Notes: a model not told the origin generated them from the letters alone. Shown: positions 50,775 through 63,892, numbered from the stretch's first letter. The stretch is 64,000 nt of DNA from Podarcis tiliguerta (GCA_965153285.1 OZ229123.1), one strand, 5' to 3'. Numbers and translations are program-made.

Positions 50775-52319
50775 TCATGCAGTGACTCAGCTGCCTGCAG
50801 GCTCTGCGCTGCCCGAAACAGCAGCGTGGGGCTTGGGTCCTCCCGCTGTCCCCCCCACAGGGGATTCCTGTGACTTGGAAGAAACAATCTGAGCTCACAT
50901 GACTAGGAATTTGGACCGTGGGACTGGTATTATTTTTGTTTTTAAAAGCTTAAACACAAAGGAACATTTCATGCAGCCCTTTTTCATATTAATAGTTCTG
51001 CTGAGAAAAAGTAAGCACAGTATAATGCATTAATGGTGTGTCACAAATGTGAATGAACCAGGAACTGCCAGGTTAATGCCTCCCTGTTCTATATTTTGTT
51101 TTTCTTTGTTTGTTCGTTTTTGGGTCGGGGAGAAGTTACATGTGTAGTGAAGGGTTCTGTGCACACCTCCTCTGGGATACAGCAGGCCATCACAGCGTAC
51201 AATATAGTTTAATTCTTTGATTCAGAATAATAATCTTAAAGTAGCAATTTAAGCACTGTGGCCACAGTATTAGATCAGACGCACAAGTAATCCTTCCCTG
51301 CTGAGTGTCCCTGGATAATGTGGTGCCCTCTGGAAGTTTAAAGTGCCCTCTGATGGCCTGGTCAATAGTCAGAGGTGATACGAGTCAACATCTAAAGGGC
51401 ACTTTAGTGATCATTGAGATACAGCAACAAGTGCACAACATATGCATTATTCACACTTTTGTTATAGTTAAGGGCCATTTATTGTGGGAATGATGTGGTT
51501 GTCTTCCCACGTTAAGGCAGAGCAGTATTACAGTTATGCAGCCTTTGCAACGTTTAATAAGTAGGTTTAGAATAACATATGCCAGCACTAATCCTGAAGT
51601 CATGCCAGAGAGATGCTATTTTTAGTTGTTTATTCATTAATTCATTCCCATACATAACCTCCCCTCTCTTAAAGGATAGGGATGGCTTACAGTATTCTAA
51701 TATTATTTTCCCCTTTTATCATATGTTCCCTTTTCAACCCTCCTTACCCTTCTCCTTTCCAAGTTTGTGCCATTTTTTGTTTTGTTTTCACAAACAACAA
51801 CAAAAAATCCTATCAAGTGTCCACCTTCTTACTCACAGGAAGCTGCCTTACTGTATACCAAGCCAGACCCTTGGTCTATCTTTAAAATGCTGGAGATTGA
51901 GCCTGGGGCCTTCTGCTTGGGAAGCAGATGAGTTGCCAACTGACAATGGCCCTGCTCCTTTTGGTACCACTTGAATTCACAGTTCCATATTTGCCCCACC
52001 CATATGCAACCTGAACAAACACAAGCCTATGCTTTTGTAGTTGATGTCAAATGAAGCCACCTTCACTTCTGTAATGGCATTGCCAAATCTGATGGCCCCA
52101 GATGCTTTCAACTACAACCCCCCATCAGCACCAGCCAGCACAGCTGTACTCCCATAAGTGTCCCTCCCCCCAGTGTTCATCTATGCTGTGATGGGTGCCA
52201 AGGCCTCAAATATCTGAAGGGTGCTGGGGAAGGCTGTTCTAGAATACGTTGAAGGTGATAAGGAAATGAGGCCAGGAGGTCAATTCCACACCCTGACTGA
52301 CAAGTGGCAGCATCTAGAA

Positions 52320-52402
52320 CAGGGGTCGGCAAGATTTATCTTGCCTGGGCCGTATCGGTCCCGCACAGATCCCTCTGGTGTCTTTGGCGTTGCTGACCCC
52401 TG
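52320..52402. mobile_element. 83-bp hAT (Charlie-like) MITE
   Basis: TIR CAGGGGTC[G/A]GCAA; perfect TSD ATCTAGAA. Confidence 0.88.
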
Positions 52403-53203
52403 ATCTAGAATCATGATTCTGTTCTGCGTGGAAAATGTGAACTTGGTCATTGCCAAAATGGATGAATACCTGGTGGTTGTCTGCTCTGGTGACCTCAACT
52501 TCACAAAAGATGGTTTGGTGGGGGGAAGTGGAGAGATTCTCGGCTGGAGTTTTATTTCGGCATGATGGACGGGTGCTTGGCTGCAGCATCTCCTTGCCTT
52601 GCTGATTGGCACTGAGCTAAGTCGTTAGATGTTTGCTAGGTTTACCTTTGAACACATATGGTACTCACATAAGGTCTGATATCTTTTCTGGGCAAAAGAT
52701 AATAGGGGGGGCTGTTTGATCTTGCATTGGAGATAGAAAGAATGAGGAAATGGGGAGGGGGACAGAGATACCATAGATGAAAATCAAATGGAGACTTTTT
52801 TTGGCTGACATTCAGCTCTGCAAACTCATGTCAGGCTCAAGAAGCTTTTCATCTTATGTAATGGGGTTGAAAGCAAGTAGTTTTGTTTATTTCAATTTAT
52901 CTATCCCCCCCCCCCCCAGCTGCTTCTTTTTTCTTCTTTTTACTTTACCACAAAGTCCTTTTGCTTCCACTTGTATGGAAACTGCTTGGAATTCATTTTT
53001 CATTTATCCAACAGTCCACAGTTGGGGAATTCCTAGGAGGTGAATAATGAAAAGCTACTGTCTCTTCTGAAAAAGTTTTCATGTTATTGTCGTCATTCCC
53101 TGATCCATTACTAGTCTGATAAATATGGATACAAAATTCCACAAGTAGTTGAGAGATCTTTCAAGGAACTGATCCTTAGGAACAAAAAAAACTTTGATTC
53201 CAG

Positions 53204-53320
53204 ATATTGCACCAACGTTTTCACGACTGCCGACGGACACCACCGTTACCGAAGGGATGACAGCGGTTTTAAGATGCGATGTCTCAGGAGCACCAAAGCC
53301 TGCCATTGCATGGAAAAGAG
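53204..53320 (+). CDS. SDK1: SDK1 exon (~10), Ig5 N-part: NIAPTFSRLPTDTTVTEGMTAVLRCDVSGAPKPAIAWKR
   Basis: gattccag| ... AGAG|gtaaag; 117 nt, phase 1-1. Confidence 0.95.
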
Positions 53321-53451
53321 GTAAAGCCTTATTATTCTTTTGGGAAATCACTCTAATTGCTGCTGCTCACCAAGAAGAATTAGCATAGCATTAGCGTTTT
53401 CATGCACTGCAAATCAGAGAATTGAAGCTGTTCACACATGGTGTTTTTCAG

Positions 53452-53619
53452 GCAACCAGGTTTTGGCCAGCGGCTCCATTCAGATCCCCAGGTTCCTCCT
53501 CCTCGAATCCGGAGGGCTTCAGATCGCCCCAGTCTTTGCTCGGGATGCTGGTGACTATACCTGCTGCGCAGTCAACTCTGAAGGATTCCTAAATGCTTCC
53601 GCTGCTCTCACCGTGTGGA
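53452..53619 (+). CDS. SDK1: SDK1 exon (~11), Ig5 C-part: GNQVLASGSIQIPRFLLLESGGLQIAPVF...LTVW
   Basis: tttttcag| ... TGGA|gtaagg; 168 nt, phase 1-1; follows a 131-nt intron. Confidence 0.96.
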
Positions 53620-56176
53620 GTAAGGACCATGTTTGTTTTAGAGTTTAATATTAATCAAGGCTTAATCAGTTCTCATTGTGCCCTCAGGAAACCAATTACA
53701 ACATTTCCATTTCATGGTGTGTATGTGTGGAAGGGAGGGGGGGTGAATAATTTAATAGAAATTATGTTTGTGGATTTTAGAGCTGATTTGGAGAGATCTA
53801 CAAGGGAGAGTGTTCATTTGACATCTTTGCATTTCAAAGCAGACATTAAGTTTCACCAAAGCCATCCTAATCTACACAGCTGGAGATACCTGCAGATTAT
53901 TTCAGTAATTCATGCACTACGAGGCATGGCTGCTACCTGTACATTCTCATTGTATCATCCTGATAACGTGCAACTGATACACATATCACGATGTGGTTGT
54001 AGGAGAAGCTAATAATCTCCACTGGAAGTTCCCTTCTGAACAGGCTGTACTGTATAGTATGCCCAGGTTGCCAGTTCATTTTAATGTCCTGCTTAAACCT
54101 TTTAAATTTGATTTAATTGCATCACACACTGTATGCACAGCAACAAGAATGAAACTGTTATATAACCCAAGGGGTAGAACAGAAAAATCCAGCACTCTCA
54201 GACATGGTGCTTAATGGTGTCTGATGTTCACACTTACCGTTTGACTCTTGTTCCTTGTACAGAAATCTCTTCTGGCATTATGGTGTATTATTGCTTCTGG
54301 AAAATGGGACTTTGCTTCCATTTTCCATTTATCTTCCTTTTCTTGCACCTGGATTCAGCTGATGTGATCTGTGGCTTTTCCCTTTATATGTTGAGGCATT
54401 AGGGAGAACTTTTTGTGCCTTAATTACTCACTGCAATGACCTCCATTTCCTGGTCATATTTGAATGACGGGGATTTAACAACATTTGGGTAAATGTCATC
54501 TCTTATGTGTGTAGAATATTATGGAAAAGTCTGTGTCTTTGGAGCCACTTGATCTGATTCTTCCCGTCTTTCTCCTCATATCCGCAACCAGCTTTGCATG
54601 GATGTGTTGCTTGGGTGTTGTCCAGCCTTTCCACCTATTTTGAAGCTTTTGAAGGCTGTACAAATGAGCTAACACACACCGCTCTATGGTTTAACATGAA
54701 ACAATCGCAGGGATGATTAACAGTGTAGCATTTACTCCTTTATGGCCTCCAGTCAAAAAGAGACGGAGTCTAAGAAAATAATGTAGGTTTGCCTAGTGGG
54801 AAGCCTCCATGCCTTTCCACGTGAAACTGCTTTTTCAATCTCCCTGCCTCCTTTTAAAACAAGGGTTGGAAGTGAACTGAAGCAATCTGAGCTCTTGCCT
54901 CCAGCCCAGCCCTCGTCTTTCTCATTTTGGAGAACTAGAGTATCCTAAAGGGCAAACTCTCTGGCCTGAAGATCAGCATTTCTCCTGCGTCCCATGGCCT
55001 CCCACCTGATGTGCTCCTTGCACCGTTAGACTGGTGAGCTAGAGAGAGAGGAACACAGTGAGAGTCAAAGCTCTGGTGCTGTGGCATCAGGTCCAGTGTG
55101 CTCCTCCGTGCCAGTCTCTGGCTCAGCAGACCCCTGATCACCAGCATCTAACTCAGAGATGCTTAGGGGGCAACACAGTAGCCTCCAACTCAGTGTCCTG
55201 GTCATGACTGGATTCTGAGATCATAAAAGAGGGGCTGTTACTGAAGAACCAAAACAGCAAAGCCCCCTTGGCTGTGCAGAACAAGCTCCTGCCAAAGAAT
55301 GCAATATTTTCCTATATTAATCCAAGCTTCTGAACTGACTGGTTGGCCAAACGCCTCTTTATCTGCTGGTAAACCTAAGCACTGCCTGTGCTGTTCTGGT
55401 CCCAAACAGGAGTCTCACTGGGCCCAGCAAGGCAGGTCAGTTGTTGAAGCATCATGATGAGGTCCGAGTGGGCAATTTAGGAGGACTAGAGGTGAAATAA
55501 GGGCTTTTGAGCCTCTGCCTCCAGTTCAGTTCTGCTGGGCTCCACACCACTTGGACAACTTGAAGGGAGTCTGACTTGGGGGGGGGGGGCACTTCTTTGA
55601 TCCAAAATGTTCCAGAAGGCCTGTAAATGCCATCTTTGTAGTGAAGATAACTTTAGGACTTATTGTTAGTTGCTGCAAGAATGAACTTGTATATGTTTAT
55701 CTGCTTTGAAGCTTCAGTTTTGCTTCAGGAGAGGCTTCTCATGCTGCCTGCCTGTGAGCTATTCCCTTTTCTGAGAGATGGATACAAACTGGGGAGGGGT
55801 CTCTAAGGTAGGAGTGAGATGACTGGGCTATTGATGTCAGCCTATGGAGCTTGTTCTGTGTATAAGAAACACTTAACCTATTGGCACTTTGTGGACAAGT
55901 CATGACAATGTCCTGCTGTTTTGGCACCCAGGTCTGTAAAGGCAGCAGGGTTCTGTGGGCTGTGTTGTAAGTCTACACCTTGCTTTAATAAAGCACTAGA
56001 ACTGGCCATTCTGACATTTTTGACACCTGTCTTTGGTATCCCTGCACCAAACCACCCACACAGGCACTCCTTTGGGCCTGCAAATCAGAACCATCCAAAT
56101 AGTGAGGCATTGCATGAGGCACTCTGTTCATCAGCTCCAGGAGCAGGCTTTAGTTTGATATGGGCCCCAGTGTTGC

Positions 56177-56394
56177 CAGTGGCGGAGCTTCATGCTCCAG
56201 CACCGGGGGCATGGCTGGTGTGCATCCTGGGAGCGTGGTGTGCATCCCGGGGGCATGATGCACTGCCCTCAGGATAGTGGCGCACGTCCTGGGGGCGTGG
56301 CACCTAGCGTGGGGGGCAGCCATGATGGCACCCCACCAGGATCATGGTGCTGGGGGCGGTGTGCTCCCACTGCCCCCCTCTTCCTCTGCCAGTG
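56177..56394. mobile_element. GC-rich non-autonomous hAT element
   Basis: CAGTGGCGGAG...CTCTGCCAGTG; perfect TSD AGTGTTGC. Confidence 0.85.
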
Positions 56395-57577
56395 AGTGTT
56401 GCAGGATCCGATTTCACAACCTCCTGTTTGCCAGTCTCAGAGCCAGGAACCTGGTCCATTTCTTCAGCCAGTGTCCTTGTAACCTCTTATTCTGTGCCCT
56501 GATCACTGCTGAACTCTGACACCACAGCACACATAGGCACTATTGCTCTTTAAGCCCCAGAATGCACAGCTGCTACCTGAATGACTGATGCAAGCCAATA
56601 GTCTGGTCCAGCTAGCTTTTCAACTCTGAGCTCAGCTGATGTTCCACAAACTGCATGTTGCAAAGCATCCTCAAGAGATGCAGTTTGCATAGGAGAAAAG
56701 ATCCTTCCCTGTCAGTCATTTCCCCTCTGAAACTTCCTCCCAGTTGTCCTCTCTTCACCCCACCAGTATTGTAGACCTGGATTTATTCTGGGGGGTGGGG
56801 GTGGGGAGTGGAATGAAACCCTGTAACTCCAAGAGATAATTTCCTGGGACATTTTGCTATTCAAAGTAAAAAACACATTAAGAGCCTGTGTAAGTATACA
56901 GTCCTTCTCTCCTGAAGGTAGCTAAGGCATCAGGAGCCAGCCTTGGTCATATCTGCTTTCTTCCCACTCTTTCCTCTCCCTGGCCTGAATTATCTCCTAC
57001 TGCTGCAATAGCAATTAAAGGAAATATCTTCATCATTAACACCATAACTGCAGCTGGTTCTTCTTAACCCAGGATCTGAAACTCACTTTGAGCTGTTGTT
57101 TCAGACTCCACTTACTTGGGAACTGTGGTTTGCATTTACCATGATTAAAAATCACTGTGACAGTTTCCCTAAACTGTGGTTATGCTGCGAGTAGGAGAGT
57201 CAGTCTACAGCAAGGTGGGAGGCTGGCTCCTTAATCATGCTTAAGAAGTAGCTACTTGCCCTAACACATGACAAACACTCTGCTGTAAAATTTACTCTAG
57301 GTCTCTTTTTCTAATATTGCTGGGCCCCTGGAATTGGAATCCCGGGGGAAATTAAAGATGGGAAGGGGATGTGATACTGCATTAAACTTTTCCAGTAAAC
57401 ACTGGCTGTGGAGAACTTTGCACTTTCACATATTTGCTAGAGGCAGGGGGATGGAGGAGCAGAAATTTTCTTGTCAGGAATGACAAATGACCTGGCTCTC
57501 TGCCTTCAGAGGCCAAACACCCAAGCCAAGATGGAAGTTGGCAATTTTACCTGAACTGTGGGTCGTGTTCTTTTCAG

Positions 57578-57680
57578 ATCGCACTCTTATCGTTCGCCCT
57601 CCTGAGGACAGCACTGTTATTAAGGGAACCACCGCGATGCTGCACTGCGAAGCTGCTCATGACCCAAGAATTTCAATCAG
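57578..57680 (+). CDS. SDK1: SDK1 exon (~12), Ig6 N-part: NRTLIVRPPEDSTVIKGTTAMLHCEAAHDPRISIR
   Basis: ttcttttcag| ... TCAG|gttggt; 103 nt, phase 1-2. Confidence 0.95.
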
Positions 57681-58811
57681 GTTGGTGGTGTCTGCACTTG
57701 CTTCTGCCGTATATTTGAACTTAATTTTACAAAATGTGGTCACCGTGTTTGGCGAGCTCTTTCCAGGCACCTGGTTTTGTGCTGGTATTCCCAGTGATGG
57801 CATCCTCTGGGGTTGCAGGTTGAGCTATTATTCATGTCAAGTCCTTTTTATTTCTCCACTTCAACCTTATATATTATTTACAATGAACTGCGTTCCACTT
57901 CATGACTTCAATACAACTACCCATGATTTACTGTCAAGGTTAATACAATATCAATAAAACTGACTTGTCAGAAGCTGATACTTAATGAGAATGAAACCCA
58001 AAGTGATTTGAGGGGATTGTAGGAACGTTTGCGGAGAGAGTCTTGAAAATTCCTGAAAGCATCCTTTCTGCTCTTGAACAAAGCGCCAGATCAGCCTTGC
58101 AGAAAGTACAATATGTCTTTAAACTGCCAGATTCTGCAAGCACGGAGTCAGAGGAATTCCCTCTCTGCTCCTTTGACAGGATGAGCATGTACACAAATGA
58201 AAGACAGGCAAATGAAAAGGGGAGAGGCCAAGGAAGGATGCCACAGTTCCCTTTGGAAAATGTTAAACAACGGCATTTGTGTAAAAGAGAAAGGAAAGAC
58301 ATCAAGTCTTGCATTAAGAAGAGGATGGTATTTTAGAAGCTTTCTCTGCTGTCGCCACCCCCCCACTCCCCCCGTTAAGGGCTGGTAGGATTATGACTAT
58401 GAGCTCTGCTATAGATGGTTTAGAATAGCTCTATTCTATTAATCATAACATTGAAATCACTTGTGGGAGAAAAGTATTAAATGGATCATGAATAAAAAAT
58501 CAGAAAGGTTTAAAGCTAAGTATAATTAGCATTTGTGTAGTGTATTTCAAGCATCAACGATTCTTACATACAATTCCTCTGTGTTCCTTACAACACCCTT
58601 GTATGGCAGGCAAGGGTATATTTTGTGATTCATATACTAAAGGAACTACTACAAATATCCTTCAAATTCACTGTTGTTGTTCTGTTTTGTGTTCTGCAAT
58701 TTAAATTCAAATATATGCAGGAGGAAGCTGTTGTAGCCCTTGGTTATACATTTTGCCTGCCCATGTACCCACCTGTGAACTCTGGCCCTAATCCACAGAA
58801 AATTGGGCCCA

Positions 58812-59166
58812 AGGACATGGGTGGAGCTGTGGGTTAAACCACAGAGCCTAGGACTTGCCGATCAGAAGGTTGGCGGTTCAAATCCCCGTGACGGGGTGAG
58901 CTCCCGTTGCTCGGTCCCTGCTCCTGCCAACCTAGCAGTTCAAAGCATGTCAAAGTGCAAGTAGATAAATAGGTACCACTCTGGCAGGAAGGTAAACAGC
59001 ATTTCCGTGCACTGCTCTGGTTCACCAGAAGTGGCTTAGTCATGCTGGCCACATGACCCGGAAGCTGTACACCGGCTCCCTCAGCCAATAAAACAAGATG
59101 AGTGCCGCAACCCCAGAGTCGGTCACGACTGGACCTAATGATCAGGGGTCCCTTTACCTTTTACCT
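58812..59166 (+). mobile_element. Full-length Sauria SINE
   Basis: ggacatgggtggagctgtgggttaaaccacagagcc...ccctttaccttttacct. Confidence 0.92.
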
Positions 59167-59955
59167 ATGCAGGGGCAAAGGCAAAGGGGAACAAGGCAGG
59201 AAATACTGTAGCCTTTCCTGTGACATAGACTCAGTCTAAGAAACGTAGAAAGGAGAAAAAGAGCAATGACAGGTCAGCGGTAGAGAGGCATCCATTAGTA
59301 TCTGTTTGCATTGTGTAAACCTCTTATTGCCTTCTATGGTAAAATGTATTTTTTAAATGAAGTAAAACTTGGGTTCTAAGTAGGTTTTCAGACTCTTGAA
59401 ATATAAAATATCTGATACCTGACAAGTTCTGGGTGTGAAGCCAAGAGGAGATTCAGGACTAGGTAGGTCTGCAGTGGTACCCACTAGCTTCTGAAGGGTC
59501 TGAAAGCCTATTTTGGAGTCAAGCACAAAAGTTGTTTATTTGTGTATAGTCTGCAGGGCAACAACAGCACACGCATCCAGCCGGGGTACTGTATGTCTTT
59601 GCCCCCTTGTTTTTCTGTGATCCAAAATCAAACCAAGTACAGCCTGGGTCAGTCTGGCAACCATCACTTCAAACCTGCTTTGTTTAAAAAAGAATAAATG
59701 GGAAATTTGCCATTGATTTCTAAGGAGTAGGACTGCACCCTTCACCTTGAACTATCGTACATTTTATTAGTCTTGCCGGCCTGTCAGACATTCACCGCAT
59801 CCCAATGAGCCCTTGGTGAAGGTTGTGATTGAGCATCTCTGTTCTACATAGTTATTTAGCTCTGTTTTTACCATATAATTTCAGCACTTGATATTTCATC
59901 ATTTTTAACGAAATAGACAGCTGACTTTAACGGTCTGAAATACTGTGACAATCAG

Positions 59956-60132
59956 GTATGTTTGGAAGAAGGACAACGTTGTCATAAATCCATCTAGCAG
60001 CTCCCGAATCACCATGGAGAAAGATGGCAGCCTCACCATCAGCCAGACGTGGTCCGGAGACATCGGAGACTACACTTGCGAAGTCACATCCTCTGGAGGA
60101 AATGATTCCAGGGTGGCCCGCTTGGAAGTGAT
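59956..60132 (+). CDS. SDK1: SDK1 exon (~13), Ig6 C-part: YVWKKDNV...[30 protein letters not shown]
   Basis: caatcag| ... TGAT|gtgagt; 177 nt, phase 2-2. Confidence 0.96.
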
Positions 60133-62999
60133 GTGAGTATCCCAGGGGCAGGCAGCTTTGAATGAAACTGCAAGTGGTTGGCACCTCCCTCTTATTTTAC
60201 TCCACTCCCCTGCAACTTCTGCTTTGACTTTTCAACTGTTATAAGAAACACAGCCAGTTCCTTACTTTTGTACAATTGTCTCCAGTGGTATTTAAGCTCG
60301 AATCTGATTTACCACACTTACGGTGTTTCCAGATCAGGGAAACTGGCTAGCCCAAAGAGGGCCAGCCCAAGCAGATTATGACTGCTGTAGTTTTCCAGAC
60401 TCCCTCGTATGAGCCTGCTCAGAACATGCAGTTCCAGGTAATTCATTAGGCTGAGTCCCAGGCACCAGCCATGAGCTTCAAGCCCTGGAGTCCCTGACCA
60501 TGGTCTGAATTTGACCAGGGATTTCCTTAGAGAGAGCATTCCCCATAGTAGCCCTACAGTTCTGGGACTCTGCCAACTGGGTTCTGTCACATCACCACAG
60601 GCCTTTGGGAAAGATCTGATTCACAACCACACCCAACACCCACCCCATTCTTGATGGCTTTTACTTGAAGGCTTAAAAAAAATGTTCTGCTTCCTTGTTG
60701 GTTTTGAGTTTGTTTTAATTATGGACTGGATGTTTGGTTATTGTTTTCTGGCTTTTATTATTTTCCTGGTTTCCCCCCCCCCCTTTTTTTTTTTTTTTTT
60801 TTTGCTTTCTGAGTAATTCATATTTTTGTTTTACACTTGTTTTGTACTGTTTTTTTTTAATGGAAACCGCCTTGAGAATGCTTTTACTCTTCAAGGCAGC
60901 ATATAAGCAGGTTTTTAAAAATAATAATGATATGCTCTGTTGAGACCTATGAAATTGAAAAGGGCCTGCATTGATTGTTCTTTCTTGTCTGAACTGATCC
61001 CTAAGCTCTGATGGAAGTAGAATGTGAATGAGGCAGTCAGTCTTGTTGAGCAAGAGAAGGTGATATTCTAATATGACTGACGCTTAGAGTAAACCTGCGT
61101 ACTAATATTTTTTGGAAAGCCATCTGTTTCTGCCGTCTGCTTGTACCTAATCTTTTCTTGGAGAAGATGCCTTGAGGCTGCTTCTTCAGCCCTGCTGTCT
61201 AACGTGCTCATTTCTGAGATTTTGTTACATCCATCTTGGTTTCATTACAGCATCACCACTTCAGTGCCAAGCCTAGATTGAATTCTGTTCTGAAGCCATC
61301 CATTTTTACATCCTCTCCTTTGGTTCTTATCCTGGAGTGCATTTTATGCTGCTGGTAGAAATCCAGGGCTGAGGAGAAAATTCCAAACAGATTGCCACCT
61401 CCCGTACTTAATTTGTTGTCTCTTGTGCCTCTGTAGGGACTTTGGTGCAAGGATGGGTCTGGCTTTAAAATTGTGACATTGAAGCCAAAAGGCCAATGTC
61501 TGCTGAGAGCATTTAACTGTGAAAGGCCCCTGAGCTCTTACCATCCTTTGTAATCTCCATCTTCTGGGCAGGGGCCAACCAAGGTCTAAAGTTGGGGGGT
61601 TTTACCAGCCTGCTACCTGTGATTATTTTAACTGGAGACACCAGAAGTTAAACCTGGGATCTTCTGCAAACCAAGCATGTGTTTTGTCTCTCTGCTGAGA
61701 TTCCTGCCAATGACACCAAACATTCACGGTCAGGGCTCTGGTGGGGTCTTCCTTTCTCTCCCACAGCCCACTTCCTTTCCCATAGTTTCTGTTCTTCCCA
61801 AACCTCTCAAATGTGAAACAAGTCAGGTGGCAGGAGTCATTCCATGGTCATACCCCCCCCAAAATGTTGTCTCAGAATCATCATCACGGGCAATTTATAG
61901 GAGCATCAGAAAGAAGAGACTAGATGCCAGCATCAGGCAAACAATGCAAACTAAACACAGTTTGAATGTGTCCATTATTAAGTGAGAGTTAATAATAGTG
62001 ATTCTCACAGATGTATAGTAACGAAACTCCAAATGACACCCTGTTAAAAAACCATCTTGTTGTGGTTTCCATCTCCATATATTCCTTAAATTGCACTGAC
62101 TGCCTCTTCCCATTTGTACTTTTTATTTTGCATGCTTCATCTAAGTGAGAACAATCGGAAAGAAGTCAGGCAGAAAGCAGATTATCTTTTCCACACAATA
62201 GAGAAGGGTGGTTTTTTCTTTCTTTTAGTAATTTCCGGCTTTTCTGGTGGGCTGTTATCCAAGAGAGAAAAATTACTCCTATTTCATAATGTACCTGCAA
62301 TGGGGGGAAACGGACACATGTATACACAAACACAAACACATACACAAATCTCTTTCTCCATCAAATGCAATGCATGTCCCTATATGGAACACAGGTTTGA
62401 GATCCTCAATTTTTCTTTGGGTCAGATCCATAGGCAAATTTAGTGTTATGCAAGTGAAATTGAAATGTCTTCCCCAGAGTATGTTCAAGTTTCTCTCAAA
62501 TCGTTACTGACAAAAAACTGTAAGGAGGGTTAGGGTTAGGGTTATGAGAAATTTTAAGTGCTAATACAGAATGAACATCTGTGGAGGGGCTTGAACACAG
62601 CGTTAAAAGCACATGCTTGGCATGCAGAAGGCATCAAGTTCAACCCCCAGAATCTGAAGGTGATGTTTAGAAAGTTCCCTCCCTGTAACTGAGAGCAGCT
62701 GCCAGTCAGTGCAGATGGATCAATGGTATGATCCTGAAATGCGCTCCGGGTGCGGATTCCTTTGAGTTTGATCCTAAATCTGCAGTTAGTGCAGAATGCT
62801 GCTGTGGCACAATTGTTGACAGGAGTGAGTGCTTGCCAGTATATAACACCTTTGCTAAGAGAGGTCCTCTAGTTGCCAATCGGCTACCAAACCAGGTTCA
62901 AGGTGTTACTATTAGTGTATAAAGCCCTTAATGACTCAGGACAGGTTTGCCTGGGAGATCACCTTACCCAAATAGGCTCACTCAACCACTTCAATCTGC

Positions 63000-63295
63000 A
63001 GAAATAGCCCTGTGACAGGAGTCTCAAAACACCTCTTCCACATCTGTCAGAAATCCATCTCCCATGCTTTGGAACTCCCTGCCTCTTGACATCACACAGG
63101 TGCCTTCACTGTTCTCCTTTTGGCACCTGCTAATAAACATTTTTGCTTAGGCCAGCCTACCCAGGCACACAGACTTTTTGCATGTGTTTTGATCTGTGTT
63201 TAGCTCATCACTGATTTTTTGAAATCATCTTTTTGTTTTGAGGTTTTTCTTTGTTTTTGCAATCAAGTGGTATATACATTTTATGAAATAGATAA
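63000..63295 (+). mobile_element. Old L2-like 3' fragment
   Basis: ctttggaactccctgcc...tttggcacctgctaataaacatttttg resembles the LWNSLP..F..LKT.LF end of L2. Confidence 0.45.
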
Positions 63296-63319
63296 CATTC
63301 CATATAAAGCTGCTTCCTG

Positions 63320-63892
63320 CAGTGGCATCGCGAGGGGGGTGGGGGGTGGGCGGTTTGGCCCAGGTGCCATGTCTGGGGTGTGCTTGCCCTGCCGCCCCTG
63401 GGCATGGTGGCACAAGCAGCCACCGCGCTGCCACAGCCACATGTGGAGGATCCTCCGTTCGCAGCTGCAACCTGAGCGCTGTACGGACGGTGGATCTGTC
63501 CGCCAGCAGCAGGAGCTGCTTATGGCAAGCTGTGCCCCCCCCCCCAGCCTCTCTACCTCCCCGGCTCGCCATAAGTGGTTCCTGCATTGCCGCTTTACAG
63601 TGAGCCGGGAAGTGAGAGAGGGGGAAGGATGGGAGCCATGGCTCCTAAGAGGATGATTGCCCCGGCAAAGCGTCATAGCTCCCCCCTTCCCCCGACGGCT
63701 CAGGGTACTTGGGAGTCGTGGCAGTGGAGGCGCAGAGGCGTGGGGGGGGGGCGGACCACCCCAGGTTTCATCGCTGAGGAGATGACATTTGGTGCCCACC
63801 CGTGACTCCCAAGCCTGCCCCGAGCTGTTGATGGGGGGGGGGCTGACAAAAAAATTCCACACCGGGTACCACCTGGGCTTGCTACGCCTGTG
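63320..63892. mobile_element. GC/CpG-rich non-autonomous hAT element
   Basis: CAGTGGCATCGC...GCTACGCCTGTG ends; perfect 8-bp TSD GCTTCCTG (63312-19 / 63893-900). Confidence 0.8.

Noticed and set aside
59920-59955. U12-type intron, suggested by CTTTAAC and the missing pyrimidine tract
   Set aside because: The upstream donor is GTTGGT, not the U12 consensus RTATCCTT.
24548-60132. Assignment to SDK2 or DSCAM, or Dscam-like mutually exclusive exon arrays
   Set aside because: The residues match recalled SDK1, and I found no duplicate copies of any Ig exon in the introns.
62526-62544. Interstitial telomeric repeat AGGG(TTAGGG)2TTA
   Set aside because: Only about three units, too short to imply a fusion or healing event.
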